A stretch of DNA of 64,000 bases from positions 96,001 to 160,000 of the IMG/VR virus record IMGVR_UViG_3300032167_003270. One strand, given 5' to 3'. The notes under the pieces are model-generated. The model was not told where the DNA came from. It did no database searches and was given only the letters and a program-made list of their open reading frames with translations. Positions within the stretch are counted from its first letter, which is position 1. Each line of letters begins with the position of its first letter. Shown in pieces: positions 29,030 through 39,833 of this stretch. Origin of the DNA: a virus. Taxonomy: Duplodnaviria; Caudoviricetes. Position numbers and translations under genes: made by a program.

Positions 29030-29124
29030 TTATGTAAACTTAAAAGTTTGTAATTATTATTGTAAATATATTATGTAAACCAAAAGCCCACACATAATTA
29101 TAATATAAACAAGTTATGTAAACC
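29030..29124. repeat. second cluster of TTATGTAAAC half-sites
   Basis: copies at 29030, 29071, 29114. Confidence 0.85.
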
Positions 29125-29147
29125 TATATAATTAAATAGGTATTTAT

Positions 29148-29195
29148 AAAAAAGAAGAGATACCTACCAATAAATCAGTAAGTATCTCTCTTTTT
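29148..29195. terminator. probable bidirectional terminator after giant adhesin gene
   Basis: A-run, GAGATAC...GTATCTC stem, T-run. Confidence 0.7.
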
Positions 29196-29217
29196 GTATA
29201 TTAAACTATATTATTTA

Positions 29218-32200
29218 CTAAACACTACTATCGTTATCTGTTACATTTGAATTTTCTTCAATAGAAGTTTCTTCAATTTCACTTTCAACGATTTCAAGGT
29301 TTGTGTCAGTAGTAGTTTCTTCATTAGAATTTTCCTTATCGGAATTTTCTTCATCAGATTTCTTTTTGCCACGAGTAGCAAATAAGATAACTACACCAAC
29401 AATACCAATTCCAAGTAATGCCACCAAGATAATAATAGGAGTATTATCTCCTGTTTTAGGTGGAATAATAATAATTTCGTCTAAAACACTAATCTTAATC
29501 AGGTCAGTTCCAAGTCCTTCTCTATCTCCACTAGGGTAGATTTCAAATTTATCTTCACATAACTGATAACCACGAGGGGCTTTAGTTTCCATAGCATAGA
29601 ATTGGTCATCTTCACTATAATAAATCACAGTAAAGTCAATGCGACCATTTTCATCTGTCATACCAACACAATCTTTACCATTAATATCTTTTGCGATAGT
29701 ATCTGGTGCTCCATTTACACCTTTCTTAAAGATAGTAATTTCTGCATCTTTTAAGAAATAAGTTACATTGGCTCTATCAGCCTTTGCAATTTGTGCGTGT
29801 AATTTAAGTGGAACGATGATAGTTTGTGCATCATCATTTATGTCAGCGTGAATTGCCATTTCAACATCTTCCATATAAATTGATTCAAATGCTACTAAAT
29901 GCTTTCCTGCATATTTAGATGCGTCAATAGTAAATTCTACATCAATAGTACCATTAGGTTCTTCTGCAACAAATGTTACAGATGATGTTACGATATTACC
30001 ATCAGCGTCCTTAACATATTCGTATTTATAATCTTTATCAAGAGTTAAATCTTTATTTGTTGATTTAGGTTTAACAACCCAATTACCAACAACAGTATAT
30101 TCTTGACCTACAATTAAATTACTATATGTTACAGTATCAGTAATTTTAGCAGTTTTTGAAGTTCCGTCAATAATATTGTCATTATCAACAGGGTCGATTG
30201 CTTTTGTTTTACAATCAGGAACATAAATTGTTTGGTCTAAATCATTAATATCTGTATGTTTTGCACATAATTTACCGTTATAGTAAATATACTCATACAC
30301 AACAATATCGTGACCTGCAATATCAACAGCAGTTGACATATCAATTTCAACATTCACTTTTGTTGATACAGTATTTGCAACTGTTTCAAGTTGAGTTTCT
30401 TTCTCAACAGTAGAATATGAATTATGTCCGTCTGTTTCAATGTGCTCTGTTATACTATCTAATAATTCAGTTTCAAAATCACAATCATTACATTCATAAG
30501 ATGTCTTTGTTTCAGTTGTTACAACTAATGGAGATGTATAAGGTACTGTTGCTACAATATCTTTTCCATCTTTATCCTTAACAAAGATTATTTCTCCTTC
30601 TGTTTCAGAAAGTGTCTTATCAACTACTTTTGTTTCAATAGTATATTCAGTATTAGGTAAGATATACTCTAATGATACCTCGTCTACAATAGTTCCATTA
30701 ACTGCTAAAGTCTTTGTATTTGTATCTTTGTCAGTTGCATTTGTATGAATTTTAGGTACTACAACAGACTGTTCCCAATTATTAGGTACATCTTCTTTTA
30801 ATACCATATCTTCATCATTTGTACTTTCTCCATAATACAAATACTCATAAAATACAATAGTCTTTCCGTCTAAACCTGTAGCGTCAAAAGTAATTGAGAT
30901 TGTTTCTTCTGTTTGACCGTTCCATTCAAATGTTTTAGTATTTGAATAAGGAGTTCCGTCTTCTTTAAGAATTGGTTCTTCGGTTTCAACAATAATAGGT
31001 ACAATCTTTAATGTAAACTTATCGCCTTTAGCAAGTCCACTAGCAGTATCAAAGTTCTTTAATTCTACCTTATCAATTACTGTTTGGTCTACATCAGCAA
31101 GAATCATTTTTCCTGCTGAATCTGCTTCAACAGCAGTTGTTCTAAATTTAGGGTGTAAAATTGTTTGGTTTTCGTCATTGATGTCATTGTGGAAAGCATA
31201 AATAAAATCTTCTCTATCTCCACTTAATCTCAAATCTTCAAACATTACCCAACTCTCATCTTCTTCCCAAGAAGTTTCTGTAAGTAATCTTGTGAAAGTA
31301 ATTTCCACAGGCTCAACACCATTTTCTTCTGTAGGAGTAAATGTATGGTCTTTAGTTACAGGATTTCCGTCTGCATCAAGTACAGTATTTCCTGTTTTGC
31401 CATCTTTAACAGTTGCAGTAAGTACCCAAGACTCATTAGGTTTAACATTTGTATATGTTACATAATCTGTTACAGTTACTTCTTCATATACTTGTGAAAT
31501 AACCTTAAATCCATTTCCATTATGAACTGTCATTAATTCAGTTTTAATTTCTGGTATTCTAACAGTTTGGTTTGTATCATATAAATCTTCGTGTGTAGCA
31601 ATAAGTGTCTTCTGTCCATTAACTTCAATATATACATTCTCATATACTACTAATGTCTTACCAGCATATTTTGAAGAGTCAAATATATATGAAATATTTG
31701 TAGTACCCTCTCCAACAGAAAGAGTTTTTGTTACAGAATTTTCTGCTACTACTTCGCCCTCTTTATATTGTGGTGTTCCATCTGCATTTAATACAGGGTT
31801 GCCATTTCCGTCAAGAACATCTTCACGAACAACAACTTTACCATCAATTAAAGCATCAACTGTTTCAGCACAGTTTGAATAAGTAAGTGTATCAACTAAT
31901 TCTGCTTGAATATCATTAGGAATAACTCCTTGATAACCAGATACAGAACCAGCAGATGTTTCAATCTGTAACCATTTAATTGTTTCAGAATCTACATCTC
32001 TATTGATATTATGCTCAAATAAAGGTTTAATTTGAGGTACACCATCAACTGTAATGGCTGTTTTAATAGTTACAACAAAATAAGCACTACTTGTATCTTC
32101 TGTCTTATCAATTACAAAAGTATCAATACCTAAGTCAGAAAGTAAACATTCTCCTGATGATGGTCCATAAAGTGTTCCATCTAATTCAGAGTGTTTACTA

Positions 32201-35200
32201 AATGTAGTAAATCTTTCACTTGTAAATAATGTTACATTTGATTCACAAGGATTTCCATTTACATCATTTAATACATTTCCATTATCATCAACTAATTGTA
32301 CTGTGATGAAATAATCATTATCTCCAAAGTTCTCATAAATAAATTTATCAGATGCTTCTGTTATAGGGTCAAGAGAACCAATTTGAGTACCAGTTGTGAT
32401 ATTGGTTGCTTTTGAGTTGAATTTAGGGATATATAATCTCTGTGTTTCAACTGAAAAATCTTCATTATGAGTTTGTATTAAAGTCCAATGTTCTTCATCA
32501 GTTGTTTGAGCACCATCTTTCATATATAATCTGTCAACTAACGCAACATAATCATATTCTTCAAGATTTCTAGTGTCAACGTGTACATCGGTCTTAATCT
32601 TTGCCTCTGTAATAACAAAGTCATCGCCACGACCAACAATTTCATCGCCTTGTTTTACAACAATCTTTCCATTGTCGTCATATACGCACATAAACTCTTC
32701 TGAATCTTCTTTGCCTAATGAAATAACAGCACCATCAGACTCTCTAACTGCATAGGCTTCAGTTTCAAGTTTATAAGTAGTATCTGTTACAATATGAGTT
32801 ACTCTAACTTCATCATTAAGTGGTGCGTCTTCAAAACCAACACTTAATGTATTTGTTCCAACATATCCGTCAGTTGCTTCTGAATCCATCCAAATATCAA
32901 AGTCGATAAGGATTCTATCACTAGATGCTAATTGTTTGTTTTGTGATACAGTAAGTTCGATAGACATAGGTGCGTGACCTTTATTAGCATCACAAAGTAA
33001 TTCTTCAATTAAATAAGAACCATATAAACAAGCACCTCTCTGCTCACAAATATAAGCAGGGTTTTCATTTACTATTGCATCAATATCTCCAAACCAAATA
33101 TTTGCTTGTGCAGCATTTGCATCTAATGGACCAGTATAAACTCCATTTACATAATATTGGTCTAATGTATTTAAGTTGCTTATATCTTTACTTCTACTAT
33201 GTGTATTAGCAAATCCATTCTCGTCAGTAATAATAATATGTGAAATAGGATTTCCGTCTTTATCTAAAGCAGTATTTCCATTTTCATCAAGTAATGTTAC
33301 TTTGAATGGAATATATGGCATCTTACGACCATTCATATCATATTTATAAAATTCAAGGTCGCCTCTCACAGGGGCATTACTGTATTTTGTTTCAAATACA
33401 AAAGCAGCCTCGTGAATTTCTTCTGACATTGTTGCTACATTTGTTATAATAGGGTCTGAATTTATTAAATATGTGATAATATCATCAGCATATAAATAAC
33501 ATTCATTTGCATAAATTGAAGTACCTAATTTATTAGAACCATCGTATGTTTCACCAGGAGTAATGGTTGCATCCATTCTCAACTCACATACTTCATAAGT
33601 ACCATAAGGCATATTCTCAATTTCTGCATATCCATTCTCATTAAGAGTTAAAATAGCAACTACGTCATTTACATCATATTTTACTACAACTTCTTCTCCA
33701 GTTTCAGTTACAGTTGCATAACTTACTTTATCAGCAGAACGGTTTACAACTGCATATCTAATTCCTTCAAATTCATTGCTACCTTGATTGATTTGTGTAT
33801 CAGTTTCCTTATCAAACTTTCTAATGGTAATTTTACCCATTTTTACATAGTTTTGATAATTTGCTGAATAAATCGCACCATCTTCTTCAACTACAATAGG
33901 TACATTTGTTACTGTAAAATTATCTGATGTGTTATCAGTTGTAACATTTGAACCCCACATTGAATCTGTATATAAATATGAACTGTTTGCATATTTAGAT
34001 GTTCCTAAATTTGCAGAACTATATACTTGTCCTGCTTGAACTTGTGCATCTTCTCTTAATTCATATACTGTATAACTAGCATAAGGTAATTCCTTAATAT
34101 TTGCTAATCCATTAGCATCTAATGTGAGAACTGCAACAACTTGTCCAGGTGCATATGTTTTTGGTGTTACACCAGCATATGAAGAGTTAGTTGTTTGCGG
34201 CCAAATAATAGAATTTTGTGCTTCACCAGTTACACTATTATTTACATCTAATACAACAGCATATCTAATTCCTTCAACTTTTGCATCAGCATTTGTTGCA
34301 CCGTTTGAATGTGCATCTACCTTTTTAATATTGATAGTTCCACGATATACGTCTTCTACAGTTTTACCGTCATTAGTTGAAGCTACAGAGTGGTTTACTC
34401 CAACAATATCTGTAACACCAGGTACGGTTACACCATTTGCACCAGTTGTCCAAGTTTCATCAATATACCATCTGTTAGGATTAATTTCAAATCCCTCAGG
34501 TGCAGCAACCTCAATTAAGTAATATGAATTTTCACTACCATAAGGTAATTCTACACTTGTTTCTCCATAACCATTAGCGTCAGTCTTAATATATAAAGGC
34601 TCTCCATCTACCCAAATAACATCACTTAATGATACTCTATTTAAGGCAGTTGCATTACATTCAACTCCACTAATTGTTGTTGATAATGCGGTATTACTAA
34701 ATGAATATGAATTTAAATGGTTAATTGATATATCAGTATTATCAAGTACATTATGATTTGCAGAACATACTAAATATACTGCATTTTCATATGAAGAACT
34801 TCCTTGTGCTCCTGATGTAATTGTAGATAAATTATTTCTATCTCTATCTACTTTATTTACACCGATTTTTAACCACTTTTCATTCTCTAATTCTTTTAAA
34901 GCATTATTAGGTTCTTGTGGGTCAAGAACATTTCCCTTTTCATCAAAATTTTCAGTAGGGATTATTACTAATGCTCCATTCTTTAAAATATATAAATCTG
35001 TGTGTGCTTTTTGTGTAGGAATATTGTCATTTGTAAAAGTTTGTGAAACTTTTGCTACATACACAATATCACTTTTTGTATATCCTGTATTTATACCGTC
35101 TTCACTAGGAACAGCAGATTCATAAATTTTATAATATCCAACTGGAAATGTAAGTTCAGTTCCCTTGTTATAAACATCATCACTTTGGTTTGCTAACAAA

Positions 35201-38127
35201 TAATTAGGATTTCTAAAATAAATATATCCACTTTCATCAATAGTTGTGTATTTCCAAGTTCTCACTTTATTAGTTCCAGCAAGTAAATCCGATTCATTAT
35301 AATACTGCTCAACAGTATAAACAGCACCTTTAAGACTTGCTAAACCAGTAGGAACACCATCTGTATTTTCAGTATTTGCTTTTCTAATTGTTATTACAGG
35401 AGGGTCATCAACAGGGTCATTATTTACTGTCACATTTATAGGACCAGCAGTAGGTAAAGTTACATCAGTATATCTATCTGTAGGCATACTATAACCCTTA
35501 CCAACAGAAACCTCATATAAATAAACGGTTTGATTAGCCATTGCACTACTATCAAATTTGATTATATTACTTGAACCGTTTGCATTAATATTAATAATAG
35601 CAGGATTTCCATTTTTATCTGTAATAGGTGTTGTACTATATGCACTTGAACATACATAGAATTGAGTACCTGCTAAAGAGTAATTAGGATTTCCATTAAC
35701 AATTTCTACTTTATTAGAATCTGGATTACATCTCTTTGTTACAGATAATTCAATTTCAGCAGGTCTATAAGCAGTTAAAACTGAACAGAAAATTTGGGGT
35801 TCATTACATTGCTTATAAGTAGAAGAACCACCTATAATAATATTTGATGCGTCACTTGTAACAACTAAATTAACGTCTTTTTTACCATAATAATGTAAGC
35901 CCTCATATTTTTTTTGAATTTGTGTTTTTAATTGATTAGTCAAACTATCTATAACACCTTGACGTACTTGTTCATTTACTATATCTTGACTACTCCAAGT
36001 TTGCTCGTCTGAAATAATTCTAACTGTTTCAGTTTGACCAAAAACTGTTACGGTTGTTGATGCTGTAATTGTGTATTTACTTACAGTACCATTTTCTAAA
36101 ATTGTTTTATTAGGGTTATATGTAGTTGTAATTGTACCAGTAGTTCTAGGAATATTTTGAGTTGACCATCCTACTGACCAATCTGATTCACCTTGTCTTC
36201 TATATAAAATTTCATTAAATTCAACATAGATACAATCCACAGTTTGTCCATTTACGACACCTGGAGCAATATATGTTTTATAATCAGCTTTATATTCAAC
36301 TGTACCAGATGGTAATACAATAGCACCTTTAGAATTTGTACTATTGTCAAAGTGACCCTCACATTCAGTTGGAACTGAATTACCCCCTAATATTTGAGCA
36401 ACTGTGATACTACCATTTGTAGTAGATACAAAATTTGATGCACTACCTGTACCGTTTCCGTTACTTGTATGTGTACAAACACCATAATCTATACCACTTA
36501 AACCACTTGCCCATTTACCATTTGCAATCAATCCTAAATCCTTTCTATTGTCAGCAATTCTAAATGCTTCCATATCAATAGGATTTGGTACATTTAATAC
36601 TCCATTAGTATAATGTTCAACAACTGCAATAAGGTCGTCATTAATTTCAGTTTCTTCTTCATTTTCAGTTGTATCTTCTTCTGTATCTTCTACAACGTCA
36701 TCTTCTGATAATAAAGTAGTAAATACTCTATCATTTTCAGTATTATTTGCAGTATACATACCTGTATATCTAGCAGATGCCTCTGATGTAGATGTAGCAA
36801 CTACATAAATATCAGCATTAAAGTTAGAAGAACTATATTTTGTACCATTCTCATTAGCAGCACCAACAGTAATTACACTATCAATACAACCAGGAATATA
36901 ACTCTTTGCATTAGTATTATAGTTACCAGCAGCACCGATTACGACAATACCTTTATCAATAGCCTCTTGAATTGCATCTTTAACAATAGCGTTCTTTTCA
37001 ATATTAGCACCAACTAAAGATAAGTTAATAACTGATACATTAGAATCAATAGCAAGTTTAATACCTGCATAAACATCTGCTGCGGAAGTAGATGAGCCAT
37101 TAAATACTTTAATAGACATTACTTTTGCATTAGGATTTTCTTCTTTAATGTAGTTAAGCATTTGAGTACCGTGACCATTTGAGTCAGATGTATCATCTCC
37201 AACAACAGAGAAATTAGCATCTGCATTAGCACCAGTATCAATAAGAGCAATATAACCACTATAATTAGAAATCTCAATATTATCAAGATTTGCAATAGCG
37301 TCATTACCCTCATTAAGATTATCTAAATCAGCAACATCTTCAACAACTTCTTCTGTTTCTTCAACATCTTCTGTTGCAATAGACATTACATTAGACATAT
37401 CTGTAATATTAGATACTTTATCTACATAATAAGAATAAACAAATCTTGCCTCTTCAACAGAACTACAAGAGATTACATAAACATCGTCATAATTAGATAC
37501 GACATTAGTATTCTTTGTAAAAATTGAAGGGTCATTAGTTTGAACTAATAAATCAGGAGTTTGAACTAAAGATTCATTAATTTCAGTAAAGTAATGGTCA
37601 AAAACAACCAATTCGATTTCTTCAACTTCTTCTTCTGTAGTTTCCTCTGTAGTTTCTTCCGAACTCTCTTCGGTAGTCACGTCTTCGGTATTTTCAGTAG
37701 AAATTTCAGTTGTATCTGTGGTTTCAGAAGTTTCACTTGTTTCAGTAGTGAGTTCACTATTCTCTTCTGTCACATCAGTAGTATCTTCTACTACTTCAGT
37801 AGTAATTTCAGAAGAAGTTTCAGTTGTAACTTCTGAATTAGTTTCAGTTGTAATTTCAGTTTCATTAGTTGTTTCAGGTGGTTCAACTGTGTCCTCAACG
37901 ATTTCTTCTTCAACAAGGTTTTCATCTGTTGGAATTGAATCAACATTAGGGTCAGTATTATCTTCATCTAATACGACCACAACCTCGTCAGAATTTTCGT
38001 CTACTGTAACATTTTCAAACTCATCAGAGTCAGCATAAGTAGTTACAGGACAAGCAGAGAATACCATACCTAAAACGAGTAGGCTAGATACAATTCTAGC
38101 ACCAAGAGTTTTGGTTTTGCGTTTCAT
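29218..38127 (-). CDS. giant cell-surface protein (~2970 aa): S8 peptidase-like domain, SpaA/Cna-B-like domains, VaFE repeats, sortase-type anchor
   Basis: start MKRKTK after AAAGGAG; signal peptide; LIDTG/GHGT/AAGN/STSEA; E..AP.GY motifs; LVVYE/VMFE/IVFYE/LVAFE...H.D..D..QT repeats; IPPKTG + TM + KKK. Confidence 0.9.
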   Translation of the reverse strand: MKRKTKTLGARIVSSLLVLGMVFSACPVTTYADSDEFENVTVDENSDEVVVVLDEDNTDPNVDSIPTDENLVEEEIVEDTVEPPETTNETEITTETNSEVTTETSSEITTEVVEDTTDVTEENSELTTETSETSETTDTTEISTENTEDVTTEESSEETTEETTEEEVEEIELVVFDHYFTEINESLVQTPDLLVQTNDPSIFTKNTNVVSNYDDVYVISCSSVEEARFVYSYYVDKVSNITDMSNVMSIATEDVEETEEVVEDVADLDNLNEGNDAIANLDNIEISNYSGYIALIDTGANADANFSVVGDDTSDSNGHGTQMLNYIKEENPNAKVMSIKVFNGSSTSAADVYAGIKLAIDSNVSVINLSLVGANIEKNAIVKDAIQEAIDKGIVVIGAAGNYNTNAKSYIPGCIDSVITVGAANENGTKYSSSNFNADIYVVATSTSEASARYTGMYTANNTENDRVFTTLLSEDDVVEDTEEDTTENEEETEINDDLIAVVEHYTNGVLNVPNPIDMEAFRIADNRKDLGLIANGKWASGLSGIDYGVCTHTSNGNGTGSASNFVSTTNGSITVAQILGGNSVPTECEGHFDNSTNSKGAIVLPSGTVEYKADYKTYIAPGVVNGQTVDCIYVEFNEILYRRQGESDWSVGWSTQNIPRTTGTITTTYNPNKTILENGTVSKYTITASTTVTVFGQTETVRIISDEQTWSSQDIVNEQVRQGVIDSLTNQLKTQIQKKYEGLHYYGKKDVNLVVTSDASNIIIGGSSTYKQCNEPQIFCSVLTAYRPAEIELSVTKRCNPDSNKVEIVNGNPNYSLAGTQFYVCSSAYSTTPITDKNGNPAIININANGSSNIIKFDSSAMANQTVYLYEVSVGKGYSMPTDRYTDVTLPTAGPINVTVNNDPVDDPPVITIRKANTENTDGVPTGLASLKGAVYTVEQYYNESDLLAGTNKVRTWKYTTIDESGYIYFRNPNYLLANQSDDVYNKGTELTFPVGYYKIYESAVPSEDGINTGYTKSDIVYVAKVSQTFTNDNIPTQKAHTDLYILKNGALVIIPTENFDEKGNVLDPQEPNNALKELENEKWLKIGVNKVDRDRNNLSTITSGAQGSSSYENAVYLVCSANHNVLDNTDISINHLNSYSFSNTALSTTISGVECNATALNRVSLSDVIWVDGEPLYIKTDANGYGETSVELPYGSENSYYLIEVAAPEGFEINPNRWYIDETWTTGANGVTVPGVTDIVGVNHSVASTNDGKTVEDVYRGTINIKKVDAHSNGATNADAKVEGIRYAVVLDVNNSVTGEAQNSIIWPQTTNSSYAGVTPKTYAPGQVVAVLTLDANGLANIKELPYASYTVYELREDAQVQAGQVYSSANLGTSKYANSSYLYTDSMWGSNVTTDNTSDNFTVTNVPIVVEEDGAIYSANYQNYVKMGKITIRKFDKETDTQINQGSNEFEGIRYAVVNRSADKVSYATVTETGEEVVVKYDVNDVVAILTLNENGYAEIENMPYGTYEVCELRMDATITPGETYDGSNKLGTSIYANECYLYADDIITYLINSDPIITNVATMSEEIHEAAFVFETKYSNAPVRGDLEFYKYDMNGRKMPYIPFKVTLLDENGNTALDKDGNPISHIIITDENGFANTHSRSKDISNLNTLDQYYVNGVYTGPLDANAAQANIWFGDIDAIVNENPAYICEQRGACLYGSYLIEELLCDANKGHAPMSIELTVSQNKQLASSDRILIDFDIWMDSEATDGYVGTNTLSVGFEDAPLNDEVRVTHIVTDTTYKLETEAYAVRESDGAVISLGKEDSEEFMCVYDDNGKIVVKQGDEIVGRGDDFVITEAKIKTDVHVDTRNLEEYDYVALVDRLYMKDGAQTTDEEHWTLIQTHNEDFSVETQRLYIPKFNSKATNITTGTQIGSLDPITEASDKFIYENFGDNDYFITVQLVDDNGNVLNDVNGNPCESNVTLFTSERFTTFSKHSELDGTLYGPSSGECLLSDLGIDTFVIDKTEDTSSAYFVVTIKTAITVDGVPQIKPLFEHNINRDVDSETIKWLQIETSAGSVSGYQGVIPNDIQAELVDTLTYSNCAETVDALIDGKVVVREDVLDGNGNPVLNADGTPQYKEGEVVAENSVTKTLSVGEGTTNISYIFDSSKYAGKTLVVYENVYIEVNGQKTLIATHEDLYDTNQTVRIPEIKTELMTVHNGNGFKVISQVYEEVTVTDYVTYTNVKPNESWVLTATVKDGKTGNTVLDADGNPVTKDHTFTPTEENGVEPVEITFTRLLTETSWEEDESWVMFEDLRLSGDREDFIYAFHNDINDENQTILHPKFRTTAVEADSAGKMILADVDQTVIDKVELKNFDTASGLAKGDKFTLKIVPIIVETEEPILKEDGTPYSNTKTFEWNGQTEETISITFDATGLDGKTIVFYEYLYYGESTNDEDMVLKEDVPNNWEQSVVVPKIHTNATDKDTNTKTLAVNGTIVDEVSLEYILPNTEYTIETKVVDKTLSETEGEIIFVKDKDGKDIVATVPYTSPLVVTTETKTSYECNDCDFETELLDSITEHIETDGHNSYSTVEKETQLETVANTVSTKVNVEIDMSTAVDIAGHDIVVYEYIYYNGKLCAKHTDINDLDQTIYVPDCKTKAIDPVDNDNIIDGTSKTAKITDTVTYSNLIVGQEYTVVGNWVVKPKSTNKDLTLDKDYKYEYVKDADGNIVTSSVTFVAEEPNGTIDVEFTIDASKYAGKHLVAFESIYMEDVEMAIHADINDDAQTIIVPLKLHAQIAKADRANVTYFLKDAEITIFKKGVNGAPDTIAKDINGKDCVGMTDENGRIDFTVIYYSEDDQFYAMETKAPRGYQLCEDKFEIYPSGDREGLGTDLIKISVLDEIIIIPPKTGDNTPIIILVALLGIGIVGVVILFATRGKKKSDEENSDKENSNEETTTDTNLEIVESEIEETSIEENSNVTDNDSSV

Positions 38128-38185
38128 AATTTTCTCTCCTTTTAAATTAAATAATATAGTTATAATATTTATAAAAAACACTCTA

Positions 38186-38536
38186 TTAGGAGTGTATTTT
38201 TAGCAAAGTATTGTTAATGTTTTCAATCTTACGAGAAGATTTTTCAAAATCTCTAGTTGCCATATTCAAGCATTTAACGAAGTGTTGAATTGCTTCATTA
38301 GAAACATTTCTCACAAAAGAGTAATATTTCTTTGCTATACGCAATTTGACAATTTTAATTCCAAGTGCTTCATCAAAAATATCATCATTATGACATTTTG
38401 CTTTAGCAGTAAATTCAAAAATTTCGTCTGATTTAGGGTCATAAATAACAAATCTACCCAAAATCAATTTTTGTTCTTCCATAATACATAAATTCAATGT
38501 ACCATTCAAGAAATTATCATCTCTAATTGTTTTCAT
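38186..38536 (-). CDS. phage-like hypothetical protein
   Basis: TAKAKCHNDDIFDEALG motif, coiled C-terminus. Confidence 0.7.
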   Translation of the reverse strand: MKTIRDDNFLNGTLNLCIMEEQKLILGRFVIYDPKSDEIFEFTAKAKCHNDDIFDEALGIKIVKLRIAKKYYSFVRNVSNEAIQHFVKCLNMATRDFEKSSRKIENINNTLLKIHS

Positions 38537-38557
38537 TTTTCTAATTTCCTTTCTTAT

Positions 38558-38578
38558 TAATTAAATAGTTCTTTATTT
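38558..38578 (-). promoter_or_regulatory. recurrent 21-bp motif
   Basis: AAATAAAG-AA-CTATTTAATTA. Confidence 0.65.
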
Positions 38579-38587
38579 CAAATAATC

Positions 38588-38616
38588 ATTATAACAATAA
38601 AAATAATTATTGTATA
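38588..38616 (-). promoter_or_regulatory. sigmaA-type promoter
   Basis: TATACA-N17-TATAAT with TG. Confidence 0.6.
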
Positions 38617-38634
38617 CAAATTTTCAAAATTTAA

Positions 38635-38670
38635 GACGAGCCTAACAATATAATAATTGCTAGACCCGTC
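38635..38670 (-). terminator. 15-bp hairpin, probable terminator
   Basis: GACGGGTCTAGCAAT-TATTAT-ATTGTTAGGCTCGTC pairs fully (with G-U) only on - strand; followed by TTAAATTTT. Confidence 0.7.
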
Positions 38671-38784
38671 AATGTATGTAATAACACATCATATATAAAA
38701 AATTGTATTAATACCACAAAAATGCTTAATGTCAAACAAGACACACTTTTAGGTTATAAATATATGAGAGGTGTTAAGAGATAC

Positions 38785-39387
38785 CTAAAACCATTTATCC
38801 TTTAGCACATCATCAGGGTCTTTACCAACTATATCATAGTCTGGTAATAAAAGAACTTTATTATCTGGTGTAATAGTAAATCTACCCATTTTCATTCTTT
38901 CGACAATCTGATTTGATTTCCTACTACTTTTAGCCTTATGATAATATTCTAACCAAATATTCATTTTACTTGATTCTGTTCCTGTATTAATAAATAGTTC
39001 TTCTTCGGACAACTTTTTAGGTTGTTCAACTTGAACTTTTTCAACTACTTGTTTTTCAACAATTTGTTGTTGTGGTTGTACTCGTACTGTTTCTTGTACA
39101 GATTGTTGTACAGTTTCTTGTACTTTTGGTGGAGTTTTTAATATAGAATTATTAGAAACCACTTGAGTATCTTCCACTTTATTAGGAACTTCATTATTTA
39201 CCACAACCGACTTTTGATTTATTTTTAATTTAATCGTAGTAGGTGGTTTTACAACCGTGCTTTCAGGTGGAATAATTTTTGTTACTGTTTTTTCAGGTGG
39301 AATAACTCTAATAGATGGTTCTGGAACTTCACTATATACAAGATTATCTTGTTCTTGAAGTTGTTGCATAAAATCTACAAGTGACAT
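38785..39387 (-). CDS. hypothetical protein, Q/V/P-rich linker
   Basis: 200-aa ORF, GGAGG RBS. Confidence 0.75.
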   Translation of the reverse strand: MSLVDFMQQLQEQDNLVYSEVPEPSIRVIPPEKTVTKIIPPESTVVKPPTTIKLKINQKSVVVNNEVPNKVEDTQVVSNNSILKTPPKVQETVQQSVQETVRVQPQQQIVEKQVVEKVQVEQPKKLSEEELFINTGTESSKMNIWLEYYHKAKSSRKSNQIVERMKMGRFTITPDNKVLLLPDYDIVGKDPDDVLKDKWF

Positions 39388-39425
39388 CTTTGTATTCCTC
39401 CTATAATATTATTTTTAAAATTTCC

Positions 39426-39815
39426 TTACTCTTGAATAGGTAAATATACCAATTCACATTGTTGAATAATTGCATTAACTCTTCGAGATAAATCTTCACA
39501 AATCCCTAAATCATTGATATAATCAATTATCTCATAGTTATTTATTGTTTTACCATCTTCATCAACATTAATTAACCAATATCTTTTATCAAATATATAC
39601 CGATTAACAATTACATAAAAATCACTACATTCACTTTGATATTTATTATTAGTAATAAGTACATCATTATCTCCTAAAGTCATAGCAATATCTAATGGGG
39701 AAGATTTACTATGCACCATTAAATTTTTATGAGTCTTATTCGACAAGACTTTAACTAATTCTAATACTAACATATCCTTTTTTGCTAGTTCTTGAATTTG
39801 TTCTGCATCATACAT
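39426..39815 (-). CDS. hypothetical protein
   Basis: 129-aa ORF, GGGGGAG RBS. Confidence 0.75.
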   Translation of the reverse strand: MYDAEQIQELAKKDMLVLELVKVLSNKTHKNLMVHSKSSPLDIAMTLGDNDVLITNNKYQSECSDFYVIVNRYIFDKRYWLINVDEDGKTINNYEIIDYINDLGICEDLSRRVNAIIQQCELVYLPIQE

Positions 39816-39833
39816 AATAATCTCCCCCCTTAT

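Noticed and set aside
38737-38780. Possible fifth hairpin unit (CAAGACAC...GGTGTTAAG)
   Set aside because: Lacks ATTGCTG/CAGCAAT and the stem is incomplete.
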